A stretch of DNA of 36,002 bases, from positions 1 to 36,002 of the forward strand of contig CAZDNW010000012.1 in the NCBI GenBank assembly GCA_964506905.1, read 5' to 3'. Source of the DNA: an uncultured Candidatus Saccharibacteria bacterium. GTDB taxonomy: Bacteria; Patescibacteriota; WWE3; 2-01-FULL-39-13. Positions within the stretch are counted from its first letter, which is position 1. Every line of letters starts with the position of its first letter. Made by a program: the position numbers and the translations under genes. Below are positions 18,419-26,057 of the stretch, piece by piece. Below the pieces are notes generated by a model that was not told where the DNA came from, searched no databases, and saw nothing but the letters and a program-made list of their open reading frames with translations.

Positions 18419-18916
18419 CTATTTTGTTAATTCCATCTTTATTATTTTGTCTGACATCATAATCCTAAGCGTTTTATTGTCTTTCGTATATGTTTCATCA
18501 TCTATTTGTTGCCATCCATTTTCAAAAAAGTAATCATCGTAAAAATTTTTAATTTCTTCATAGTTTTTGTTTGATATTACCGTTAAGGAGATTGTTTTAT
18601 CACTCCTTCTTACATCAGATATCTCTGCATTGTCAATTATTGGGAATGCATTTGTTAAGTCAACAACTTCTGGTTTTTTTGTTTCTGCTCCTGCAACAGA
18701 ACCATTTTGTAATTCTTGTAATTTTGCAAGTTGGTTTTGTGTTTTTGCTGTTTGATTGGAAAAATGCATTAATGATATATACATTCCGAATGCCGGAACT
18801 AATACTAATGCACTAATGATAATTATTCTTGTAAAAGGTATTGAATTATGTTGCTTTTCCTTTTTATGTTCTGTGTTGTTATTTTTTTGTTTAGTTTTTG
18901 TATGTTTTTTGTTCAT
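18419..18916 (-). CDS. hypothetical membrane-anchored protein
   Basis: Lys-rich N-terminus, one TM helix (IIIISALVLVPAFGMYISL), ~100-aa extracytoplasmic domain. No family recognised. Its stop codon lies 1 nt from the VanW stop (convergent). Confidence 0.6.
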   Translation of the reverse strand: MNKKHTKTKQKNNNTEHKKEKQHNSIPFTRIIIISALVLVPAFGMYISLMHFSNQTAKTQNQLAKLQELQNGSVAGAETKKPEVVDLTNAFPIIDNAEISDVRRSDKTISLTVISNKNYEEIKNFYDDYFFENGWQQIDDETYTKDNKTLRIMMSDKIIKMELTK

Positions 18917-19140
18917 TTTTTGTTAATGGACTTAAATTACCATTGTAACTAGATATATGTTAGCAGATTAAAGCAATCTGATAAACATATTATTTTAGCT
19001 TAGATCTAAGTTCCTAGCTCTAAGTAAACTTTAGCACATTTAAATAATAATAGGTTGTAGTTCGCAGAAAGTTATATAAAAAATATGATTTTCTGCGGAT
19101 TACAATCTCTACGCGACATCCCATCTTATAGGAGGTTAAA

Positions 19141-19365
19141 ATGACTGCTTACGATAAGCATGATGCCGCAAAAGATACTGGCAGTAGTGTCCGTGAAGTG
19201 GAACGGGCTTGGCATACTGCTCGTGACGATTCCGGTCGTGGCGATTACAATGACAAGTTGCGGGACCCTTCTTACAAAGACAATGCCTCTCAAGCCTTGA
19301 GCCAGATCTTGCGCGATTCGGGCATCACCGATATCCAGTCGCTTCCCGAAGGTTTCGGAGACTAA
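19141..19365 (+). CDS. 74-aa highly hydrophilic protein of unknown function in a G+C-rich mini-cassette
   Basis: GGAGG at 19131-19135 lies 5 nt before the ATG. There are 74 sense codons. By hand count 116 of 225 nt are G/C, against ~20-33% in neighbours. Codons are foreign to this window (cgt, ggc, ccc, gcc). A strong terminator follows. Confidence 0.55.
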   Translation: MTAYDKHDAAKDTGSSVREVERAWHTARDDSGRGDYNDKLRDPSYKDNASQALSQILRDSGITDIQSLPEGFGD

Positions 19366-19406
19366 TCAACAACATATCAGTATATTCTGATGACGAGCTA
19401 GGTAAT

Positions 19407-19462
19407 GGGTGAGATACATTTCTTCGCGTAGAGACCGCAATGTATCTCGCCCTTACTTTTTT
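19407..19462 (+). terminator. intrinsic terminator with 14-bp stem and 18-nt loop
   Basis: GGGTGAGATACATT (19407-19420) pairs with AATGTATCTCGCCC (19439-19452), with one G-U pair, then TTACTTTTTT. Confidence 0.75.
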
Positions 19463-19486
19463 GTTTATTTAGATTAAAATTTACTT

Positions 19487-19867
19487 ATGATGGATTCAAA
19501 TAAAAAAGATAACAAAACTAAACCAATTTTAAATACATTACTATCAGAAGAACAATTAGACGATGTTCTTAAAAGTAAAAATTTATCTATTGCAAATTAT
19601 GAGGGATTAAACGAGATTATATATTTGATTAACCTTGTTGAAAAGATTGCTAAGGCATACAACGATGAGTTACCAGAAAATGATGCAATTGAAGCAGGAT
19701 TAAAAGGATTAAGATTTGGTTTAGCAAAATATAGAGATAAGGTCTTATCTGCTGGTGATGAAGTTAAGATATCAGCATATTTGAGTTGGTTTATTAAAAC
19801 GGCAATAGAATTTAAAATTGGAATAGAAAATGAAGATACTAAGGCATGGGCTAATATGAATGCATAA
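19487..19867 (+). CDS. hypothetical protein with sigma-70 region 2 (2.1-2.3)-like segment only
   Basis: LINLVEKIAKAYNDELPENDAIEAGLKGLRFGLAKYRD....KISAYLSWFIKTAIE parallels LRLVVSIAKKY......DLIQEGNIGLMKAVDKFD...KFSTYATWWIRQAI. There is no region 3 or 4. The similarity was judged by eye only. Confidence 0.5.
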   Translation: MMDSNKKDNKTKPILNTLLSEEQLDDVLKSKNLSIANYEGLNEIIYLINLVEKIAKAYNDELPENDAIEAGLKGLRFGLAKYRDKVLSAGDEVKISAYLSWFIKTAIEFKIGIENEDTKAWANMNA

Positions 19868-19975
19868 ATTTATTGTTAAAAATTTTCTTATAAAAGATAT
19901 TTCACATTTTGGAATTGTAAATTTCCTTTTCTTTATCAAGTTCATATAGAAGTGTTTGTATGTTATTGTATTGGT

Positions 19976-20638
19976 ATGCGAATATTAATATTTGGGGATT
20001 TACACTTATCAACGAAATTTAATCAAGCTAAATTTAATAAAATTGTTAATTTAGTAAACAGTGTGGATGAAGTAATAATAAACGGAGATTTTTGGGATAG
20101 TGCGTATTGTAACTTTGATGAATTCACAAAATCTAAATGGAATCAATTGTTTCCTGTATTAAAAAGAAAAAGTGCGATATACCTCTATGGTAATCATGAT
20201 AAAAAAGAATGGTGTGATGATAGAGTTACACTTTTTTCAGTGAAACAAGGAAAAACTTATGAGATTGATTTTAGTAATCATAAGGTATATGCAACGCATG
20301 GAGACAATCAAGTATATGGTTCACACTGGCAAAAAATGTCGGATTGGTTAGAAAAGTTCTTATGGAGAATTGGAAATATCATAGAGGGTACTCTTGTTAA
20401 AATATTTGGCAAACATTTTCTAAAATGGTATCACAAAGGTACAAATAATAGATTTAAAGAAGCTAAATTAAAAGAGTTTGGTGTAGAACCGTTAGTTTTT
20501 TACAACCATACACATGCACAAGAAAGGGATGATAAAACAAGATGCCACAATACAGGTTGTATGAAATATGGTTTATTTCAGTATGTAATATTTGATACAA
20601 AAACAGGTGATATTGAATTTTACGATGAATCGTATTAA
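19976..20638 (+). CDS. calcineurin-like metallophosphoesterase
   Basis: MRILIFGDLHLS, INGDFWD, LYGNHD and THGD motifs. The track ORF begins at GTG 19952; ATG 19976 places the DxH motif at the usual N-terminal position. Confidence 0.85.
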   Translation: MRILIFGDLHLSTKFNQAKFNKIVNLVNSVDEVIINGDFWDSAYCNFDEFTKSKWNQLFPVLKRKSAIYLYGNHDKKEWCDDRVTLFSVKQGKTYEIDFSNHKVYATHGDNQVYGSHWQKMSDWLEKFLWRIGNIIEGTLVKIFGKHFLKWYHKGTNNRFKEAKLKEFGVEPLVFYNHTHAQERDDKTRCHNTGCMKYGLFQYVIFDTKTGDIEFYDESY

Positions 20639-20649
20639 TCTTTGTACAC

Positions 20650-21753
20650 ATGTTAAAAGAAATAAATTTACGAGGATTAAAATTAAAGCTTCCAATATTT
20701 TTTCCAGATGCAACTAGAGGAGTTATCAGAAGTGTGGATTCTGATGATTTGAAGAATGCTAAGGTTGAGGGGTTGGTTGTTAATACTTATCATTTACTTT
20801 CAAGGCCGGGGCCTACTGTTTTAGATTCTTTTGGTGGGATTAAGCCTTTTATGAATTTTAAGGGTGGCATTATTTCTGATTCGGGAGGTTTTCAAATTTT
20901 TTCTTTAATTCACAGAAACCCAAGCCTCGGAAAAATTACAAAAGATGGGGTAACTTTTCATTTAGACACTAAAGGGGGAAGAAAAAAATATATGATTTCC
21001 CCAGAAAAAGCAATACAAATTCAATCTAAAATAAATTCCGATATAATGATTGTTTTAGATTATTTTACTCCATTTGATGCTGATGACGATGAAACAAAAA
21101 AAAGTGTTGATTATACAATTGAATGGGCAAAAAGATGTAAGGATGAATTTAATAAAATATGTGACACGAAAGGATATACAGAGGAAACAAGACCAATGCT
21201 ATTTGGAGTAGTACAAGGAGGAACAAATAAAAAAGAAAGGGAAAGATGTATTACAGAATTAGAGAAAATAGGTTTTGACGGATATGGCTTAGGTGGTTGG
21301 ACGTTTACAAAAGATGGAAAATTAGATATGGATATAATTGAGTTTGTTGCTGACATAATGCCAAATAATAAATTTAAATATGGTTTAGGTATAGGAAACC
21401 CCCAAGCAATAGTAGATTCTGTAGCAATGGGGTATAACATATTTGATTGTGTTTTACCCACTAGAGATGCAAGACATAAAAGACTGTATGTGTTCAATAA
21501 AAATCCAAGTTCAATAAAAAATATATTTGAGGAATCAAACTGGTATGAATATTTAGATGTTACTAAAGAAAAATATGTTAGAGATGATTCTCCAATAAGT
21601 GAATATTGTGATTGTTATACTTGTAAAAATCATTCAAAAGGTTATATAAATCATTTATTTAAGATAGAAGATTTTTTAGCAGGAAGACTTTCGACAATTC
21701 ATAATTTGAGAATGTATACCAAACTTATGGCAATGTTAAAGGCTCAAGTTTAA
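20650..21753 (+). CDS. tgt: tRNA-guanine transglycosylase (queuine tRNA-ribosyltransferase)
   Basis: YHLLSRPG, SDSGGFQ, FGVVQGG, IFDCVLPTR and the zinc site CDCYTCKNHSKGYINHL, then RLSTIHNLRMY. Confidence 0.92.
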   Translation: MLKEINLRGLKLKLPIFFPDATRGVIRSVDSDDLKNAKVEGLVVNTYHLLSRPGPTVLDSFGGIKPFMNFKGGIISDSGGFQIFSLIHRNPSLGKITKDGVTFHLDTKGGRKKYMISPEKAIQIQSKINSDIMIVLDYFTPFDADDDETKKSVDYTIEWAKRCKDEFNKICDTKGYTEETRPMLFGVVQGGTNKKERERCITELEKIGFDGYGLGGWTFTKDGKLDMDIIEFVADIMPNNKFKYGLGIGNPQAIVDSVAMGYNIFDCVLPTRDARHKRLYVFNKNPSSIKNIFEESNWYEYLDVTKEKYVRDDSPISEYCDCYTCKNHSKGYINHLFKIEDFLAGRLSTIHNLRMYTKLMAMLKAQV

Positions 21754-21806
21754 GAATCGGTACTATATATATTGTATGTTCTTTTTTCAAGTGTTATTGT
21801 GATTGT

Positions 21807-22124
21807 ATGAAAAGAACACAGCTTGGAATTGTATTAGGAGTGATTATTGGCATTATAGACATTATTCCAATGATTTTTCAAAAGATGCCATGTGACGCTA
21901 ATTTTTCCGCTTTTTTTCACTGGGTGATATTGGGATATTTAATTTCAATTACAAATGTAAATCTAAAGGGATATATAAAAGGCTTATTGCTTGCAGTTAT
22001 AACTATGATTCCAATTGCTTTTTTGGTTTGGTGGAATAATTATGCTGCGATAATTCCCATGACTGTTTCAACTTTGGTATTTGGTTTACTATTAGGATTT
22101 TTAATTGAAAAATATGGGGAATGA
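21807..22124 (+). CDS. small integral membrane protein (3-4 TM), unknown function
   Basis: 105 aa, almost entirely hydrophobic helices. Ends at TGA. Confidence 0.6.
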   Translation: MKRTQLGIVLGVIIGIIDIIPMIFQKMPCDANFSAFFHWVILGYLISITNVNLKGYIKGLLLAVITMIPIAFLVWWNNYAAIIPMTVSTLVFGLLLGFLIEKYGE

Positions 22125-22219
22125 TTATGTGCTTATTATATATTTGATTTTTATACTTTTAAAGTTGTGATGCTTTGCGGGTTCGCGTATCGAGTTAAGA
22201 AGATCGACAATGTATTATT

Positions 22220-22295
22220 TGGTGACCCCTACGGGACTCGAACCCGTGTTTCCAGGATGAGAACCTGGTGTCCTAGGCCACTAGACGAAGGGGTC
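22220..22295 (-). tRNA. tRNA-Glu (anticodon CUC), CCA encoded
   Basis: Reverse complement folds by hand as GACCCCT-TC-GTCT-AGTGGCCTA-GGAC-A-CCAGG-TTCTCAT-CCTGG-AAAC-ACGGG-TTCGAGT-CCCGT-AGGGGTC-A-CCA. The TTCGTCTAGTGGCCTAGGACA stretch is typical of tRNA-Glu. Confidence 0.9.
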
Positions 22296-22305
22296 ATGTG
22301 AGAAT

Positions 22306-22332
22306 ATTCTACCATAAACGCATTTTTTTCAA
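22306..22332 (-). promoter_or_regulatory. candidate promoter for tRNA-Glu
   Basis: Minus strand reads TTGAAA-15 nt-(TGG)TAGAAT. The -10 ends about 10 nt before the mature tRNA 5' end. Confidence 0.45.
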
Positions 22333-22505
22333 ATAAATAATTTTGTATTTAGTTAGTAATGAATTAGAATTTGATACTATGCCGAAATGTGCTTATTTAA
22401 CAGTCAAAATAGTGGTTTGGTGTAATACAATCATATTGTTTCCTATCATTTACATCGTATAGAATAAAGAAAATGGAGCTAATACAATACTATTGAGGGG
22501 CGTTC

Positions 22506-22533
22506 TTGACTAATTTGTAAAAATAGATAGAAT
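22506..22533 (+). promoter_or_regulatory. candidate sigma-70-type promoter of the greA leader
   Basis: TTGACT (22506-22511), 16 nt, TAGAAT (22528-22533). Confidence 0.45.
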
Positions 22534-22557
22534 TATGTGGCAAGATTATATGCTAAC

Positions 22558-22585
22558 GCCTTATAAAACTATAAGGCTTTTTGTA
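22558..22585 (+). terminator. promoter-proximal intrinsic terminator/attenuator in the greA leader
   Basis: GCCTTATA, loop AAAC, TATAAGGC, then TTTTTGTATT. It lies ~25 nt after the putative -10 and 22 nt before the greA ATG. Confidence 0.7.
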
Positions 22586-22606
22586 TTGTAATCGGTTTGA
22601 ATTACC

Positions 22607-23086
22607 ATGAGCGGCAAAAAAAACGATGACAAAAAAATAATGATGACAAAAGAAGGCTATAAAAAACTAAAAGCCGAATATGACGATTTAGTAAATGTTC
22701 AAAGACCAGCTATTATTGCTGATATTCAATCTGCGAGAGAAATGGGAGATTTAAGGGAAAATGGATATTATTCTGCATCAAGAGAAAAACAATCTTTCAT
22801 TGAGGGAAGAATTAGAGAATTAGAAGAATTACTTAAAAATGCAGAAGTTGTGGAGGTTGAAAAGGATAGCGGTGTAGTAGGGTTAGGTTGTAAAGTAAAG
22901 GTAAAGGTGGTTGATAAAGAAATCGAATACCATATTGTTAGTCCAGAAGAAGTCGATTTTGAAAATAATAAAATTTCGCATGAATCGCCACTAGGAAAGT
23001 CATTGCTTGGTAAAAAAGTTGGCGATGATGTTGAATTTGATGCACCAGTAGGTAAAGTTACCTATAAAATTATTGAGATCAGTTAG
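22607..23086 (+). CDS. greA: transcription elongation factor GreA
   Basis: MTKEGYKKLKAEYDDL...AREMGDLRENGYYSASREKQ...RIRELEELLKNAEVV, plus the C-terminal ISHESPLGKSLLGKKVGD. The start could instead be ATG 22640. Confidence 0.9.
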   Translation: MSGKKNDDKKIMMTKEGYKKLKAEYDDLVNVQRPAIIADIQSAREMGDLRENGYYSASREKQSFIEGRIRELEELLKNAEVVEVEKDSGVVGLGCKVKVKVVDKEIEYHIVSPEEVDFENNKISHESPLGKSLLGKKVGDDVEFDAPVGKVTYKIIEIS

Positions 23087-23159
23087 TATTAGTGATTAGT
23101 TTACGAGATCACTATACTAATTTAAACTAATTTGTGTTTTGATCTCATCTATTCTCATT

Positions 23160-23627
23160 ATGGCAAAACAAAAAAAGTATTTTTTAACACCAGAAGGCTA
23201 CAAAAAACTAAAAGAAGAATTACATCGGTTGCGAGAAATTGATATGGTTAATGTTGCAGAAAAAATAAAAGCAGCAAGAGAGTTAGATGCTGATATTTTG
23301 GAAAATAATGTTTACGATGCGGCTGTAGAAGAGCAAGTTTTAATGGAAAATAGAATAGCTGAAATTGAAGATATATTATCAAATGCGAAGGTCGTAGAAA
23401 ATTCTGATAAAAGTAAAGTGGATTTAGGTGATGTGGTTGTAGTTAAAACTGAAGATGATACACATGAATTTAAATTAGTAGGAAGTGAAGAAGCAGATCC
23501 TGAAAAGAAACATATTTCACATGAGTCACCATTAGGTAAAGCCTTGTTAGGGGCAAAGGTGGGGGATACGGTTGAAGTTGAAACGCCAGCTACTAAGGTT
23601 AGATATACAATAGTTGAAATCAAATAA
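23160..23627 (+). CDS. second, more divergent GreA-family paralog
   Basis: LTPEGYKKLKEEL...ARELDADILENNVYDAAVEEQ...ISHESPLGKALLGAKVGD. ATG 23160 is preferred over the track's TTG 23139. Confidence 0.85.
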   Translation: MAKQKKYFLTPEGYKKLKEELHRLREIDMVNVAEKIKAARELDADILENNVYDAAVEEQVLMENRIAEIEDILSNAKVVENSDKSKVDLGDVVVVKTEDDTHEFKLVGSEEADPEKKHISHESPLGKALLGAKVGDTVEVETPATKVRYTIVEIK

Positions 23628-23721
23628 TTTACTTTAGTTTGAAACGCGTTTAAGAATCCTCTTTCTTTTATTACATTAATGTGCGATTGTCTTAATCGCG
23701 TTATACCTATATAATTCAACC

Positions 23722-25950
23722 ATGGATACAAGTGAAACAACACAATTACCATTAGAACAACTTAGACAAATTAGAATTGATAAATTGAATGAATTGAAAA
23801 AACTGGGTGTTAATCCATATCCATCCGATTCTTTTAAGAATACAGATAATGCTGAAATTAAAGAAAGGTATAATGAATTAGAGGGTAAAGAAGTTACAGT
23901 GGCTGGACGTATAAAATCAATAAGAAAACATGGGAAATTAATGTTTATCGATATATATGATGCTTCAGGTAGTATACAAATTTATATAAAATCAGAAAAT
24001 TTACAAAACGCAAATCATGATAATAGTGAATTAAATTTTGATGAGTTGCATTTATTAGACGAATCAGATTTTATTGAGGTTACTGGCAATGTGGTAAAGA
24101 CAAAGTCTGGTGAGGTTTCTGTTGAGGCAAAAAAGTTGAGAATATTAACTAAGACATTGCGTGCAATTCCCAAAAAATTAAAAGACAAAGAAATTAGATT
24201 TAGAAGAAGATATGTTGATACTAATGTTAATAGAGATGTTTATGAAAGGTTTATAAGGCGAGCTTTGTTTTGGAAAGCACACAGAGATTTTTTTGATAAA
24301 CATGGGTTTATTGAAATGGCAATTCCTGTATTAGAACATATCCCAGGTGGTGGTGATGCTGTACCATTTATCACCCATATGAATGCTATTGATGAAGATT
24401 TTTACTTAAGAATTTCGCACGAACTTCCACTTAAAAGATTAATTGGTGCTGGGTATGAAAAAATTTATGATATTGGCCCGCGATTTAGAAATGAAGGCCT
24501 ATCAGATGAGCATTTACCAGAGCATTATGCAATGGAATTTTATTGGGCGTATGCAAATTGGAAACAAGGTATGAAATTAGTAGAAGATTTATTTAATTAT
24601 ATAATTGATAAAGTTTATGATGGTAAAAGGGTTTTTGAAATAAGAGGTTTTACAGTAGATTTTTCTAATGGATGGGAAGTTATAGATTTTGCTAAGATTA
24701 TGCAAGAAAAGTACGATATTAAAGATATATATAAAGTTACAGAAAAAGAACTAAGAGAAGTTGTAGATAGGTATGAAATAGAAGTAGAAGGTAATTTTAA
24801 TATACCAAGAGTTGTTGATACCCTATGGAAAAATGTAAGAAAAGAAATTGCAGGGCCTGCGTTTTTAATAAATCATCCAAAGTATTTATCACCGTTGCAA
24901 AAACCAAGCTTAGAAAATCCGAATATGGTAGAAAGGTTTCAGCCAATTGTTGCAGGAAGCGAATTAGGTAATGGGTGGTCTGAAGTTAATGATCCAATAG
25001 ATCAGTTTGAAAGATTTATGGAACAACAAAAATTAAGAGAGCAGGGTGATGAAGAAGCACAATTTTTAGATATAGATTATGTTGAAATGCTTGAATATGG
25101 TATGCCACCTACATTTGGTTATGGACATAGTGAGAGAGTCTTTTGGTTTTTAGAAGATGTTTCAGCAAGAGAAGGCGTGCCATTTCCTCAACTTAAATTT
25201 GAGATTAGTGATGTCACAAGAAAAATTTATGGTTTGCGTAATTACGAAAGAGAAACTTCTATAAATCGAGAATCAAAACCAGAAACTTTTGATAATAATG
25301 CTGATATAAAAAAATCTTCATTAAGTAAAGAAAAACCTGATAATTCCACATCAAAAATTACTAAAGAAAAGGCTTTGGAAATATTACATAAACACATGCA
25401 AAATCAAAACTTAAGAAGACATTCTTATGCAGTTGGATATGCAATGAGTGCAATTTATGACTACCTTAAAGAAAACAATATGTTAGAAGATAATGCACCA
25501 GATAAAGAAACATGGGAAGTTTTAGGTATTTTACATGATTCTGATTATGAGTTAACAAAAGACGATTGGGATAATCATACACTTTTAACTTTAGAGTGGT
25601 TAAAAAATGAAGGATTATCTGAAAGTGATCCATTGTATCTTGCAGAAATGTCACACAATAACAAAAGAACTGGCCTACGAGAGCCACAAACCCAAATGGA
25701 ATGGGCATTAGAAACATGTGATGAATTAACAGGATTTATTGTCGCTGTTGCGTTAGTTCAACCTGAAAAAAAACTGTCAGCAGTTAAATTAGAATCAATA
25801 AAAAAGAAATGGGGACAAAAAGCATTTGCAAAAGGAGTAGAAAGAGAACAAATTGAACAATGCGAAACTAAATTAAACATTCCAATTGATACATTTATTA
25901 ATATAGTTTTAAAAGCAATGCAATCGCATTCTGATGATTTGGGATTGTAA
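23722..25950 (+). CDS. lysS: lysine--tRNA ligase (class II) fused to a C-terminal HD-domain (COG2316-like) hydrolase
   Basis: The N-terminal ~500 aa carry an OB fold plus class II motifs (GPRFRNEG, GMPPTFGYG). After a linker, from ~25354, come LRRHSYAVGYAM...LGILHDSDYE (His-Asp at 25534-25539) and ETCDELTGFIVAVALVQPEKKL...KKKWGQKAFAKGVERE. Confidence 0.9.
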   Translation: MDTSETTQLPLEQLRQIRIDKLNELKKLGVNPYPSDSFKNTDNAEIKERYNELEGKEVTVAGRIKSIRKHGKLMFIDIYDASGSIQIYIKSENLQNANHDNSELNFDELHLLDESDFIEVTGNVVKTKSGEVSVEAKKLRILTKTLRAIPKKLKDKEIRFRRRYVDTNVNRDVYERFIRRALFWKAHRDFFDKHGFIEMAIPVLEHIPGGGDAVPFITHMNAIDEDFYLRISHELPLKRLIGAGYEKIYDIGPRFRNEGLSDEHLPEHYAMEFYWAYANWKQGMKLVEDLFNYIIDKVYDGKRVFEIRGFTVDFSNGWEVIDFAKIMQEKYDIKDIYKVTEKELREVVDRYEIEVEGNFNIPRVVDTLWKNVRKEIAGPAFLINHPKYLSPLQKPSLENPNMVERFQPIVAGSELGNGWSEVNDPIDQFERFMEQQKLREQGDEEAQFLDIDYVEMLEYGMPPTFGYGHSERVFWFLEDVSAREGVPFPQLKFEISDVTRKIYGLRNYERETSINRESKPETFDNNADIKKSSLSKEKPDNSTSKITKEKALEILHKHMQNQNLRRHSYAVGYAMSAIYDYLKENNMLEDNAPDKETWEVLGILHDSDYELTKDDWDNHTLLTLEWLKNEGLSESDPLYLAEMSHNNKRTGLREPQTQMEWALETCDELTGFIVAVALVQPEKKLSAVKLESIKKKWGQKAFAKGVEREQIEQCETKLNIPIDTFINIVLKAMQSHSDDLGL

Positions 25951-26057
25951 TTTGGGAGGTGTTAAATCTGCAATTTGGGAACAAAAAATGATTGTTGAAA
26001 ACTTATTAGGTGAACACGATAGTATTGTAACTAAAGAAGAAAAGATTTTAGTTAAAA

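Noticed and set aside
18415-18421. Convergent gene ends with almost no spacer. VanW stops at 18415-18417 and the minus-strand gene stops at 18419-18421. Similarly, pcm ends at 33267 and pyrD ends at 33279.
   Set aside because: The observation is real, but it is common in compact genomes. No hairpin or other signal is present to interpret, so I did not score it as a finding.
19095-19452. G+C-rich island as a structured housekeeping RNA (tmRNA, RNase P RNA, SRP RNA, 6S RNA). In AT-rich genomes this is the usual explanation for G+C spikes.
   Set aside because: On neither strand did I find a tRNA-like acceptor/T-arm (GGTTCGAnTCC...CCA) with a resume codon, the RNase P P4 motif (GAAAGTCC / ACAGAA), or the SRP domain IV motif. 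The region instead has a perfect RBS, a 74-codon stop-free frame and a terminator. This was checked only by eye, so cmscan is still recommended.
22379-22462. 27-codon hydrophobic ORF (MPKCAYLTVKIVVWCNTIILFPIIYIV) in the tRNA-greA intergenic region.
   Set aside because: There is no RBS, and it is very short in AT-rich DNA where such ORFs arise by chance. Nothing else supports it.
23090-23114. Hairpin TAGTGAT-N11-ATCACTA between the two greA genes as an intrinsic terminator.
   Set aside because: No U-tract follows (TACTAATTTAAAC), and the stem is short and AT-rich. It is more likely a processing or stability element, or chance.
23641-23699. Palindrome AAACGCGTTT (23642-23651) and hairpin GCGATT-N5-AATCGC (23683-23699) upstream of lysS, considered as a riboswitch or T-box.
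   Set aside because: The leader is under 100 nt and lacks any T-box or L-box conserved sequence. These may be simple operator or stability hairpins, but the evidence is insufficient.
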